From Raillietiella orientalis (Eukaryota): DNA of 64,000 nt. Position 1 is the first letter of the stretch. Every line of letters starts with the position of its first letter. Positions 38,230 through 51,135 of the stretch are shown here, piece by piece. A model generated the notes under the pieces. It saw only the letters and a program-made list of their open reading frames with translations, searched no databases and was not told the DNA's origin. Where the stretch lies: positions 5,270,001 to 5,334,000 of the forward strand of contig JAYWIR010000005.1 in the NCBI GenBank assembly GCA_036172245.1. Reading direction: 5' to 3'. A program made the position numbers and the translations under genes.

Positions 38230-39950
38230 CCAAATTCCTGAAACTCCTTCTTGAAGTGAAGACCCACTTTCAGGACCCCACTTCGCGGGAAGGAAATCCT
38301 CTTCGAGGCCTTCCAACTGGCCCGTCTATCAGGACTGATTACTTCGGTCCAGGTCTGACTCTCCTTGTCTACCTCCCTAGTCTACTTTTTCTAACCCCTC
38401 CTGCAGATCCATCCATCCAGATGTGCATCCCAAAACCATCTTTCAAGTCTCCCCTAACCTGTGCACCTTTTCTGTCCTTCGGATTCACCTTTTCGTAGGA
38501 GGGAAAAAGTCCCACCACCGCCGTCTCGAAGAACGTCGGTCGCATCTGGAAGGTGCTTCATCCTGGTTGTCACCGCCACCACGCGGATGGATTCCTTTTT
38601 CGTGTTCTTTTTTGGAAAACCAACGGATGGTGCTCGTCGTGGGCCAGGAGGCAGCAAGTCTGCGAAGGCGTCTCGAAAGGGTGACTCCGGGGACTGTCAG
38701 GGGAGTCGGTGCAAGGGTCCGTTTCCGACGTCTTCATCGCCGCGAATGGGAGTCTCTCTTGGGGAGTCAAAAGATTCTGTTTGCTGCTGTGTCTTCTTTC
38801 GGAGCTGCAGATCTTAGGAAGGGACTTCGGACGTTAGTTTTCTTTACCCCCACCGAAAGGTCAGACGCTTTGTCAGGAAGGGGTAGGGCCAAGTGAACCC
38901 TCTCTCGCCTTACGACCCGCTCCCCGCTCCGGTTGCAACAGCCCATAGGATGGAGCAGGGATGACAACAGCAGCAACGAGAGGTTTAGAAACTGTCAGCT
39001 CGCACTTGTGTCGGGAGCGGAGCGACGCGCGTGTGTGCCCGCAGAAAAACCACTTCAGGCACGTGTGGCCCCTTCAGGTGTCCTGTGGCGGCGGGTCGAT
39101 CCATCTGGGCTGTAACTGGTCCGCCCGAAGAGAGCTGTGTTCACTGCTGGCGCAACCGCAGTCTCGACTGAGATAAGTGGCTCCGACGGGTCATGGGTGC
39201 TTTCGGCGAGGCGAAAGGCTGCCCTCTAGGAGCTCCTCACGTGGGAGGACCGACGTCACTCGCCGCGTGCGTAGGCCTCAGCGGGTCACGAAGGTCCTCC
39301 TCCCCCTTGCCTTGCACCCAGAAAGGCATGAAATGTCCGGCTGCTCTTTTGGTGCGCGTTGCCATTCTTGGCGGCGTGACCGATTTGCCAAAGACCGATG
39401 CAGATCTTCACGAGTTGACATGCTGCCTCCCGGGCAGCTCGGATGTGCCCTCTGCCTCAGTGGAGGCCTGACATCAGACGGACTAGAAATGCTCTCCATG
39501 CACTCTAGCAAGCTCCTCGCTTGCTAGAGTGCGTGGACCTGAGCAGCCTCACCCAAGGAGCAACGGAAGGATCTCAGACTCGAAGCTTTGGAGACGGCAT
39601 TGGCATCCCGGTGAATGCTGTGATAAGAGAGCGAGAGCAGAAGGGGAGGATCAGAATCCCCGCACAGAGGGAAAGTGTACGCTCCTCATTCAGAGCATCT
39701 CCTGCTGAGTCGCAGAACGGAAGGCCGCCTGGCTCTTCCTACGAAAAGTGGGTGGATGGGAAGAGATCCTTCATTCCCAGTGAAGATGAAGATGGACGAT
39801 GGACGAGGACGGAAGACCACTCTTCCTAAAAAAAAGGCGCTCTCCCTGAAGGCCGACGCACCGCTGGATTTCTCTTTGTGGCGGAAAGGTCATCATTCTC
39901 GGCAGGGAGCTGGTGACACTGCCGCAAGCGAGAGAACCCGTATCCAAGGT
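38230..39950. mobile_element. possible degenerate RTE-like LINE remnants (38230-38500 on -, 39280-39950 on +)
   Basis: Only weak, broken motif resemblance (RWF..H/GRPRR on minus; CVDL...GIP..VIRE on plus). Confidence 0.25.
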
Positions 39951-40654
39951 CTTTTCGAACAGGGAAACTTGTGTTCTAGGAGAAGCGCCACTGGATCCGC
40001 GTCCCTCCTTATTTTCTCCTTATGCCCTGCAAGTTGGCTGGTGAAGCGGTAGAAGACATCTGCCCAACGAGGAGGGCAGGGGGGGAAAGTGGGCCGGGAT
40101 TCCCACCTGACTGGCTAGTGCTTCCCCGCTTGAAGTTCGAAGAAGGGACAGCTTAAAATCGAGACTAGAAAACCGCGTCCCAGTCGACCTGGTCATGTCT
40201 TCGGGAAACTTTTAAGCAGCAGGAAGAGGGAAGAGAAGGGATGCAGGAGGAGGGAACACACTAGTGCTCCACGGAAGCTCTGCCTCACGCGGTCCACCAA
40301 TGCTGCGAGCGGTGAGCCCCGGTCAGAGGGGACCTCTCAGCCGTGGAAAAGTGCAAGTTGCGTGACCTTTCGTGGGAAGGACAGAGGTCAAACATACCCA
40401 GGAGTGCGAGAAAGAGAAGACAGATCTTCCCGAAGCAGTGCAGCAGTAGCAGCAGCCTGCAGCTCGGAGACTCATCTCTCAATCTTCTCGCCTCTCCCGG
40501 GAGCCAGCGAAACCAACAGCTTAGACTTGCCATCCCTGTCTGTGCCCGCAAGAATAAGGAGAGAACACAGGGGTAACCGGAAGCTGACAGCGGTGCGTGC
40601 GCACACGGCAGAGTCCGCTCAGCCTAGAAGGCGATCCACGAGTTTCCTCGCTCT

Positions 40655-41050
40655 TCCAGCTGAGGAGACCGTGTGGTTACGGTCTCCGCGTAAGGTACCG
40701 AACTTCGCGGATTCGAATACTCAGCAAGAATTAACGCCGAGAGATGGGGGTGCGACATGGGTTCGAGTTCCTCCCACAAGATGACGCCGGTTGGCCTACA
40801 TTCATCCGGGTGCGGCACTGGTAGTGGTTAAAACCGGATGTCCCCGATGAGTGTCCCGGATTGGGAGTCGATCTCTGGATCCTTCCAGAAAACAGAATCA
40901 AGGAGTTTCCCTCCTGTTGTGCAAAGGAGCAGACCTCCCCTTCGTGGGGGACATTCTGTGTCGTATCATGGAGTGTTACCCCTCCCTCTCCAGAGTGCAG
41001 AGAAGCGTACCGCTCCCTTCGGGGAGCGCCCTTCTGGATTTCGGGAGCCT
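40655..41050 (+). mobile_element. SINE-like family copy D (5' half)
   Basis: gtgtggttacggtctccgcgtaaggtacc...cgcggattcgaatac, gggttcgagttcc, aaaccggatgtcccc and gaatcaaggag are colinear with 22983-23440. Confidence 0.8.
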
Positions 41051-41482
41051 GATTTGTGTAATCCGGGTAACCGGGTCCCTGCCGTCTCCAGGAGTAGGCG
41101 TTTCCCGTGGCTGCGCACCAGAACATCTGTCCACCTGCCCGTCTGCATGCAAGAACGTCTCGGAGGGGCTTGCGAGAGGGAAAGGTCGCCCTACTTTCCT
41201 TTGGGGTCGCTCGAAGGAGGGAGGTCAAGCAGACCTCTCCCCCTTCTCTCCCCTAGAAGCAGTTTTTCTGCCACGACCGCCAGCTCAGTTTCCTCTTCCT
41301 GGTCCGTTTTCTTTTTTTCTTTTTTATTCTGAACTTTCGGAGGAAACGGGATCGATTTTTTCTCTGAGGCATTCTTGGGGACAGGTCATCACGGACCACG
41401 GGCCTCGTTCAACCGGAGGGATCGCATTTTTTTTCCCCCGACGACCGACGGCGGCGGAAACTCTCGGTCGGTGTGGGAAGTG

Positions 41483-41509
41483 GCAGCAGCAGCAGCAGCA
41501 GCAGCAGCA
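41483..41509 (+). repeat. (CAG)n microsatellite
   Basis: About 9 tandem gca/cag units. Confidence 0.9.
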
Positions 41510-41731
41510 GACTTCGGTGTCTCTCCGAACTCTCAGGGCACCCGGCTCGTCGTGACGGGCGTTTCCAGGGCACAGTCCCAGCTCCGGAGAGCATACGAGA
41601 ACTTCTTCCCGTCCTTGTTCCAGGGTTGTATGGAGCGCGTCAAGTGGTGGTGGTCGCTTTTCAGAAATTTCTCGGCTGTTGCTCGACTAGGAAAGGGGGC
41701 GTGCGCGGTGCAATCCGCCATCACTGCCCGG

Positions 41732-44700
41732 TCATCCGTTCGCCGCACCAGAAGAGACCGGACCTTCCGCCGAAACCGGGTTCTGCTGCCAGGAGACTTT
41801 TTTCACGATGAAGTTCCGGAACTTCGACACCCTCGTGCAGACGCCAGGGAGGAAAGGATCCGCGCACCCGATGCCCCAACTTATAATGCCCGCCAAAAAC
41901 CACCGTCCGTCCCTTCCTCGAACCTGCATAGGTCCTCCCGAGTCTCCCTACGGAACGCAAAGTGAGGGGGAGAAGCATGCCGCGCCCACGTGCTTCCTAC
42001 CTGGCACGCATCTTGGCCACCATTTTCGTATCCAGCACAGATAAATATGTCCGGGAGAACTTCAATGCGACCGGATCTTAGGAACATCTCCTCGCAGCGC
42101 TTGTTGCTTATGATTGGGACTTGGGTCTAAAGGACACTTCGTTACACAAGTCAGGCTTGCCAAATTCAGTACGCGCGTGCGCGCGCGCTCAAAAAATAAA
42201 AAAACTTCTTCAAGCAAGCGCAGGATGTCTATTGTTGCCTATCCCATGGTTGCGATACGAAAATAGACGAATGCGGGTGACGGGGTTTCTTAGGAGACCG
42301 CGGCCAAGCGCGCGTTACCAAGTGAAGTTCAGTTTCGCGAGAGACTTGCATCACGGGGTGGGTGGGTGAAGAACTGAACGGCGCCCCGTTCTGCGTTCGG
42401 TTGCATCAGGCGACGCAACTGTGTGGTTGCGGTGCTGCGGCATAGAAGAAGCGGTGAGCCCACCTCTTATTATGCCATTGATGGAAAACGCTCATTCAAG
42501 AGTAACCGCACGGCGTCCCCTCCCGCCCCCCATCCTTTCAGCGGATCGCCTGCGTAGGAAGATGCAGGAAAAACTGCATCGCTGTATCGCTACAGGGGTA
42601 CCCCTGCATCGCTGCAGGGGTACCCCTGTAGCTCGGATCCCTGCTCAGGGTTTCCAGCAAGAGACCGATGCTGAATCGGGCGCCCCTGGTGAGGGACGCA
42701 TCGCGACCGCTCGACGAGGTTACCGGACTGCCTGTCATAACCGATCGGCCTTCTGGATCGACCGCTCGGCGAAATGAGTGCCCCCGACGGCGCAGGCAGA
42801 CGGGCGGCAGCACCGGAACAACGGGAGCCGCGAGGCGCTCCTTCCGGTGTGAGGAGCACGGGGCTGCTCCGCCGGAGCAACAATCAGTGCAAGAATGAAA
42901 GCATCACACGCCCCAGTTACCAGGCAGCAGTGCGCTGCCGATGCGAGAAGGCCTCCGAGGGACGCTGGCGAGAAATGGAACGCGAGCTCGCCCCGAGCTC
43001 GAAAAGAGTGCCAGCGGTTTCCCTGACCCGGTGCGTGCATCGCACATTCCCGTGATCGAATTAGTTCGCTGCATCCGAGTGATTTCATGGCAGCGCGTCG
43101 AATAATCTTCCTGGTCTTGCCGTTACCGCCTTCCGCCCGTGACCGGAGGTGTGGAGCCGTGCCATCTCCCCCTTTTGCGGAGGCTGCGCATGGGGGGCGC
43201 AAGAGAAAGCCCTGGCGCATGCCAACGGCCCTGATGCTCTGTTTCCTCGCAGGCGCACCACAGTTCCGCCGCTCACGGAGTCGTTCGCGCGAGCATGTGG
43301 TGGTGGTTCCCCACCCGTCTTCTCAATGGACGCGCTTCGTTCTCCCGCCCACCCCCCTTCCCCTACGCTCGCGCACCCTCGGTTCTTGAAGCAACGTGTC
43401 TGATCCAACCCCCTCCCCTCCGGTTTTTCCAAAGGGCCGTGAAGAGCAGTGGATCCGGACAGAGAAAAAGAGGGAGGGAACTGCGTCTGTTTCAGCCACC
43501 CTCTCGCCTTCAAAAGGCGGTCTGGAGGGCCGTGCGCGCATGCGTGTGGCGTCCAGAAGGTGCGGCGCACACGCTGAAGGAGTCGCAGGCGAACTCCAAG
43601 GGACGCCTTCGCGTTGGTGCGAAAGACCGCTCGGCGCCTCTTTTCCAGCCGTGCCTGCAGCAGCCTCAGGCAGTAGAGAACACGAAACTTCCGCTCTTTA
43701 CAAAGAGGTCTTGGGACGGCGAAGGAACTGGGATGCCGATTTCCTTTTGCGTGAACGATGACGAATCACAGGCGGCCGAGCGCTACCGACAGAAAGGAAC
43801 CCCCAGGCTGCGAGTGGAGGTCGCTCGGCTTTCTTTCTGAAAACGCTGGAAACTCCAGCTTGATTTCGAGACCCGTTCATGCTTCTGAAGACCTCGACTA
43901 GAGGGTGCTACCACTCGAACCTGTGGAAATCTCGTTTATCCACACAGGGATGCGAGAGGTCCCTTGCTTGCAGCTTCCAGGGATGCTGTCGTCGCAGATG
44001 CGCCCTTGTCAGCTCCTCCCCCTTCTCGAACGGACGGCGTTCCTGTCCCGAACGCTATGTCCTAAATCGCGAGACAGCCTCCCACTCGCGGATTTGGGGA
44101 CACGCGCAGGTATCCTGAGGAGTCCCCGCGGGTGAGTGGGAGGCAGCTGGATGAAAAGAGGTCCAGCTGCGTGGGCCATTGCCCACAGAGGAAGCAGCCT
44201 CTCTTGCACCCGCAAACAACGGGGTCCGCCGGACCGCGACGTCTGTCTCGACCCCCGCGAACGCAGCAGCATCTCGCGCAGCATCTCCGAAACGCTCTTG
44301 GTACACCCACGAGTCCTTCCGCCGGTCGACGCTACGAGCGTCCGAGCGCCCTCTACGCCACGGAACCGGCGAGCTCTGACGTTCACAGACTGCAGGGACG
44401 AGGCTATGGGGAGGGACCGTGATTCCCCTCCTTCGCCCTTCTGAGGGTCCCTCGCCGCAACCAGGTAGAGAGATGTCTGCCATTCCGTGAGCTAAAGGTG
44501 CACTGTTGTCACGCCGCAGGTGCTGTCTGGTGCATGTTATATTGAGCGTATCTCTTTCCATCACCAAGTAGATGGGATTTTCCTTCCTCTTGCTGTTTCT
44601 GCTGCTGCTCTTTTTTTCCTTTTTCAGGCACTTCCCAGTTTCCGAGACAGAGAGAGAGAGAGAGAGAGAAGGGAGGGGGAGGAGAGGATGCAGTTATAAC

Positions 44701-47700
44701 TCCTCGGTCTCGTTGGAAACTCCCTGGTCACCAAGACGAGCGGCTGACCGTACCGCTAGCAGCATCGCGACCCCATGGAAATCGCGATTTTCTAAGGTCC
44801 GGTCGCTGGGCAGGAATGACTTCGGGGGACTCACGGTGAACCCGCGGGGAAGGCGTTTGGATGATCAGCGGTCCAAGATTTCTCTCCCCCTTTCCCGCGT
44901 AGCGCCGGAGGGCTAGGGAAGGGGCGAGGCATTCTCGTCTCCGCGCTCTGACGCATCTCCCGGCTGTCTGCCCACGAGCCACTCCTGCTCCCTCGTCCTC
45001 CTCCTTCCCTCGATGTCGGCTGTAGGACAAAGTGCGGAGCCAGAGTGAAGAGTTCGACAGTCCCGCGCCCGGAGGGGACTCCTCTTTCTTAGTCCGGTGC
45101 AGTTGGGGGCGACACTCCTCCCTCCCCCTTCGAGATTACCCAACGGCCATGCAGCCGCCATAAGCTTTGCCCCATCTGGCGGTGGATGCGGTCGCTAACT
45201 CACCCCCCGCGCATGCTCTCTGAGCGCAGACGAGGGTTGCCGGGGAGTCTTCCCGCATTCCAATGAGCGCAACAGTCCATCCCTACTCATCCTGGAATCA
45301 AGGGCCGGAGAGGGGGAGTTCCCTTCCTTGTGCGCGCGTGCGCTGCCGCCTGATGGATGCGAATGCCGGCTCTTGCACGATCGCCGCAGTGCGTGTGCGC
45401 GTACGCAGCCCAGGACGGCCACGCGCGTCCACACGGCGGTGCGCGGGAGCGCCGCGGATGTGTGGGAGGGGAGGGGAGGGGGGCACAGAGCGATGAGCTC
45501 GCTGCGTTCGTGTGCCGCACGCGGCGACCCGATCCTGACGACTGCGGGCGGACGTCCGCGGAACGAGGCCGAGGTCGTCCGACCGCAGCGCCACTCGAGA
45601 ATCGCGTCCGCCTTGGGGGGGGGGGGGGAAGGGGGGGGGGAGGCTTTTTGCGTACCCTCCGTGGCCCGAATTTGTCCGCCGGGCATGCGCGGAGAGTTCA
45701 CACGCGCCGGCCCAGCGCTCTGCGATTGCTTGTGCTTCCCGTCCTCGTGCGCGCGCGCGTGCACTCACGCACGCACACACACGCGCACGCGAGCTCATAT
45801 GCGCGCGCCGCGCGACTCCAAGGAGGCGGAAGTGGACCACCCTGCCCACCCTTGAGTTCCGGGCACCACCGGTCCTACAGCCTCCGTGAGTAACGGCCGC
45901 CGTCATCATTCGCCAACGGGACAAAGAAGAACGGTCCGCGTGCGCCTTGCAGCAGAGCCGTAAAAACCTCCAGGGACGTCGGAGACGAGACTTTTATGGA
46001 GATTTCCCGTAGAAGGCAAATTTACGGTCCAGATTTACGGATCTCGGATGAAACGCAAGGCTTTTTTTTTTTTGGGTGCGCGTGAGTGCGTGAGTTGCGT
46101 ACGTGGATTTTTTTTCTTCTCCTCCCCTCCTCCTCCCCTTCGCAGACACACCAAGGAATGGACAGTTTTCACGCGCCAAGAGAGTTCTCCTCTTTCTCGA
46201 ATTCTTGGAACCGCGGGAAGTTCCTGCAAATCTCTCAAGCGCGCTTGGAGGCAGAAGGAACGGGAAGATTGGAGAAGGGGGACGGGGGACACAAGGAGAC
46301 CGAACGACTAACCACGCGTCGCGAGAAACGGCGCTCACACGTGCATCCAAGGAAGGCGGAGATGAGCCACGGCAATACCGCCACGGAGAGAGCAGCAGTC
46401 TCCTAGCAACGCCCCTCGTCCCGGCTCGAAACACGAATCTCTCCTCCGGGTGGTCGCCCGTCTGCCTCTCGTGACTTCTGTCCTGCTGTACGGTCGCCAC
46501 CGCTGGCGATCGGGTAAGAAGGGGACTTGGCCTTCCCGGGAGGGGCGAGCCTCGCGGCGCTCAGCAGGGCGCGAGGTGCGCTCGTCCGCGAGAGCAGTGG
46601 CTCCAGAAAGCCTCGTTTTCCTTCACGCGGGGGGAGAGAGGGAGGGGATGCTGCTGGTGGTGGTCGTGAGGAGAAGGGACAAAACGCTAATGGATCCTGA
46701 CATCCGGCGCGGGACGGCTCCCTGAAGGGTGACCCTGGACGTCCGTCTGGCTGGAGCTGGAGGTTTCCGGCGTTGGAGTGGCGCCCGGTGAAGAGATCCG
46801 CCACCCCGGAGGTGTTGCGTGCGCGGGAGGGAGAGAACAAGGAAAGGACGGGGAGGAGGGGGAGATAGGGGCTCGCGCTCGACCAAGGACTCTCTCTGAC
46901 CTCCTGCAGGATGGAGGGCAGCGCTCCCCTGGAGCTCAGCCGCCCCCAGCCGGTGATGGTGGCCTTCTCGCCCACAAGCAGGTCGTCGCTCCCGGGCAGA
47001 CAAATGGGGTAGATGTTGGGGAGGAAGCCCACGCTCTCCTCCATCCTCAGGAGCGCCAGGTCGTTCTCGTAGGAGGTCTCGTTGAAGCTTGGGTGGACGA
47101 CCTTGTAGGACACGGACTTCTCCGTGTGGGGGTAGGGCTCGAGGCCATTGGAGAAGTCGTACTCCCCCAGCCGTACACGGATCTGCTGCTTCACCAGGCT
47201 GGAACCCAGGAGAGAGGGAGAAGTGGGACCGGCTCGCCCTACTGGCTGCTGCTTCACCCCCCACCCGAGCCCTTACCCCGGGAACGGAAGCAGGGCGCCT
47301 CCCCTCCCATCCATCCTCTCCTCTTCTCGCGGAGCGGTGGCGGGGCGAGCGCGGGTGGGGCACTCATCGTCTCCCGGAGAGCTCCCCACTTACCCATCTC
47401 CACCCCCACGGACCAAGCCCGCGCGCATGCACGAACGTCCTCCTCGCCCCTGGTAGAGGCGGCGGCGACGACGAGAAGAAGACAGTCGTCGGTCCCGGCG
47501 GCCTCCCCACGGACTGCCCCCTGCTGCTGCTGCTGCTGGCGCACGGTGCCGCGGCGCTGAGGAAGAGGGGGAGATCTCCCGGAGCGACCAAAGACGGAGG
47601 GATCCACTCCAAAGCTGCGCCGCCACCACCATCCAGTCCTCCCTCTCACTCCCGGAGGCAATCCGTGCACCACCGATAGCGACGGGACCACCTATCCCTC

Positions 47701-50678
47701 TTGCGCGGATCCGGCAGCCTCCGAGGGACGACCTTCCCGTTCCCTCTCGGTCTCGCGCTCACCCCCCCTCCTCCCCTCTTTCCCAGCCCCGCAGCCACGG
47801 AGCTGGCTCCTGGGATGTGGGGGTGAGGTGGGACGGGGTGGGAGGGCGCCAGCCACGTGGAGGGGGGCCGAGAGAAGAGAGAGAACTTTCCAACTCTCCC
47901 TTCTCCCATCCTCCCAAGTCTCTCCGCCTTTGTTTGTGGGGAGGGGGAGAGGCGGGACATCCCTTCCGGCATCCCCCTTCCCCGTTGGGTGCGGCCAGTC
48001 AGGAAGACCAGCCTGGGGCGCGTGTGCACTCGTTCCAGGACTGCGGAGGGAAAGAAATACCTTCGCGATACCCAGCACCCCAATCCCTCCCCTTCGCAGC
48101 CAGGGGTGATCCCCAGCTGCTGGTGGACGAAGAGCTACGGATTCGGAGCGGATCATTGGAGCCTCTCTCGAGGGGGAGGAGAAAGGGCGCCCGCAGGGGT
48201 TCCTCTTGCTCCTCGCCCCCTTTCCCTCCACGACCTGAGCCCGAACGGGAGCGCGCCTATGCAGCCCCATTCCGCCCGCCGAACGCGGGGCCCATACGCG
48301 TCCACGAGGAGACCTGTGGAGCACGGGGGGGACGGAGGAGGGAAATGCAGGGAACGCAACCCCTCGTTCCCGTTCGGGCAGCGGGAGAACTAGCGATGGG
48401 AGGTGAGGCAAGACGGCGACACCTACCGGGACCCCACGCAGAGGAGGGGACGCCGTGTGGGCGCGAAGAGGAGAGAAGGAACGCCGCGAAGGTTCGGACC
48501 GTAGCTGCCAGATGGCGCTTCAGGAACTCCCCTTGCGGTACCTTCACCCTCACCACCTTCACTGAGACTCGAAGAGCACGTAGGGGGACGGGGGAGGTGG
48601 AGGGAGATTTCTCCTTCCTCCCTTTCCTTCCCGGCAATGGTGCGGCTCCCATAGTGGTCCCGAACCGGAGCCGAGAAGCAAAGGTAGAGGTGGGGAGGGT
48701 TCCTCGGGGGAGACGGAGCGGCGGACCGCGCAGCCGCCAGGCCAAGGACGGGAGGCGTGGGGAAACTCTGCCACTTGGTTGCCGCGGGAAACCGACCCTG
48801 TGGAAGAAAGAAATCCCCTGGATAGCGAACCGAGCCGGGAGTGGGAGCACACGACAGGGGCAGGTCGGCCCTCGGATTGGCGCGAGGAAGGAGCTCTGGC
48901 CCCGCCCGATTCTGCGGCTGCTCCTCGCTGCCGGTCAGAGGCCGCGGCGGCGCAGGTCACTCTCCTGGGGCCGGTCGGAGGGGGACGCGGAGGGAGCAGC
49001 CGCCCCGCACGTCCGCCAGGAGCAAGACATGGCAGGTGGCAGCAGAACGCGGCACTAGACCCTCCCCCCTCTCCAGGGGACGGCGACACTCTTGGGATGC
49101 AGGCAGCTCATCCCAGAGGAAGGAAGCGGGGCGGCACACCTTCCCACAGTCTCTTCGGCGACGCCAGCGGAGGCGCAGCGATTCCGAAGGCGCCTCGGGG
49201 ATTCCGCGCCCTGACTTCCGATGTGCGCCTCTGAGGCGTGCTCCGGGCCAGGCTCTCCCTCGCGTCTCCCACTGCCTCCGCCTGCCAGCCCCCCTGGCCT
49301 CCCTTCCGGCGGACGGAAGAAGTGCAGGGCGGGCGCAATTCCCTCGGGAGGCGGATCGGCGCAGAGGTCGTCAAAAGGTCACGGGAAGGGCGGTGGCGGG
49401 CGGGAGAGGAGAGCTTCCTGGAGGAGGCATGGAGAGAGAGGGGGAGGGCGGGAGAGGAGGGAGAGGGGTCAATCCCACCTACTTGATGACGCAGTGCGCC
49501 GCCGTCGCCACCCATATCTCGTTGATGAGCGCCCCTCCGCAGCGGTGCGTCGTCGAGAAGCCGAAGAAGGTCGTCTGCCGCACGGAAGCCTGGAGAGGAA
49601 GAGGAGATGGGGTCCTGGGGAGGGGGTGATTCGAGGGAGGGGGGGGAGGGAAGGGGGGAGTCTCTTCTCACCTGCCAGGGCCACGCGCCGAAGTAGGAGC
49701 TCTTGCCGCCGACTATCCTGGACTGGGGCCTCGGGAACAAGGGCGGTACTCCGCAGGCTGTGGGGAGAGAGAGAGAGAAAAAAAAAAACAGCAAGTGAGG
49801 CACGGGGAAGGGGGAGGGGAGGGGGGAGGACGTAGGGGCGCCACCTTCTCTCCTGGAGGAGGCGTTCTTCCGCTCGGACTCCTCAGAATCGACGTCCTCC
49901 ACGGTGGTCAGAATCCACGGCTGCGGGGTGGATGAAAAGGCGTGGCTTGCCGTCATCGTCGTCGTTCCGGAGCCGCCGTAGTCACCGGCGGTGGCCGAGG
50001 GCGGTGCGACGGAAGAGGTGGTGGCGGCGGCGGCCACCATTGTCGTTGTCGCCGCCGCCGTCGTCGCCGTTGTCGTCGTTCCCTTAGCGGTGGCCTCGAG
50101 GTGGGCGCTGAAGGGGCGGTACGGGCGCATCGGCTTGGGTCTAGGCTTGTGAGTTGGCTTGGGGGCGGCGTGCGAGGTCGGCCGCGCGAAGGGGTTTTGC
50201 AGGACTGTCAGTCCCGATGGATGGTCGTTCCCGAGGGGCGGCGCGTCCCCTGAGACGACTTCGTCCTTCTCGGGGAAGGACGCGGGAGGTCGAACCGCCG
50301 CGACGGGCCGCCGAGGGGGCACCTGCACGATCACGTGCTGCACGCTGCCGCCGCCGCCGCCGCTGCCGCCGCCCGCAGGGCGCACGTGCAGCGGCCTGGC
50401 GGTGACGATGGTCGCCAGGGCGTTGAGCATCGTGAAGTTGAGTCTCGGGTCCGCTGCCGCCTGGTGCTGGTGGTAGCCAGGCGCCTGCTCCAGCGCAGCA
50501 GCAGTCTCGGTGCCCTTCGGGGCGCCGGCGTCGCGCCCGCAGCAGCTCCCGAACATGAACCCTTCCGAGCACATGCCCAGGTGGCGCCCGTCCGCCTTGA
50601 TGCACTCCCAGACGAACACACAGATGCCGCGCTCAGCACCTACCTGGCACGGCTTGGCGGAAATCTTGTTCTTCGATC
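41732..50678 (-). CDS. Sb: Stubble-stubbloid-like serine protease (clip/disulfide knot, Thr/Pro-rich stem, trypsin domain); 5' end incomplete
   Basis: Exons 50678-49845, 49757-49672, 49589-49483, 47198-46901, 42126-42001, 41947-41732 keep frame with GT-AG junctions. [115 protein letters not shown] and [11 protein letters not shown] are characteristic of Sb-sbd orthologues. Confidence 0.92.
42589..42632. repeat. perfect 20-bp inverted repeat with 4-nt spacer; each arm contains a 14-bp palindrome
   Basis: gctacaggggtacccctgca-tcgc-tgcaggggtacccctgtagc. Confidence 0.95.
44649..44669 (+). repeat. (GA)n microsatellite in a Stubble intron
   Basis: About 10 tandem ag units. Confidence 0.9.
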
Positions 50679-50949
50679 CTACGGGAGGAGACCGAGGCGC
50701 TGTTAGTGGAGGAAGGAGGGAACAGGGACGTGGGGAGAGCTCTTCTCGCCCCTTCCCTCCTCTCTCCCCCCTTGGAAACAAAGGAGCAGGAGCCTTCCGG
50801 GCAGGGAAGAGGCGCGCCCGCCTCCTCGCCTCCAGAAGGGCAGCAGTGGTCTCCCCCAGGTCTCATGGGACTGAGAACCCCGGGCACGGCAAAGAGGCGC
50901 GCGGGTTAGGGATGGAAGCGGGGGCCAGCGAACTCTCCGGGGACTCGCG

Positions 50950-51135
50950 CACGTAGAGACGGAGCAGCGACAACGAGTTCCGGAGCGCCGCCGGCTGCAC
51001 GGATACCTCGGTCAGCGCGCTGCTGACCCGTTCGCCTCTCTCGCGGCAGGTCGTTGCCGTGACCTTTGCGAGCGCGAGAACCCCAGCCACAAAGGTCACG
51101 GGAGGCAGCCCATCAACTTCCGGAGATCCGTTCAT
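50950..51135 (-). CDS. candidate first coding exon of the Stubble-like gene
   Basis: ATG at 51135 followed by a hydrophobic stretch LPPVTFVAGVLALAKVTA, just upstream of the knot exon. No canonical phase-1 GT donor was identified. Confidence 0.4.

Noticed and set aside
33650..41400. Dense ORFs between the two protease genes
   Set aside because: No protease or other family motifs were found; best explained as GC-rich intergenic DNA with repeat relics.
47817..49058. 413-aa plus-strand ORF
   Set aside because: It lies antisense within a Stubble intron, is low complexity and has no motifs.
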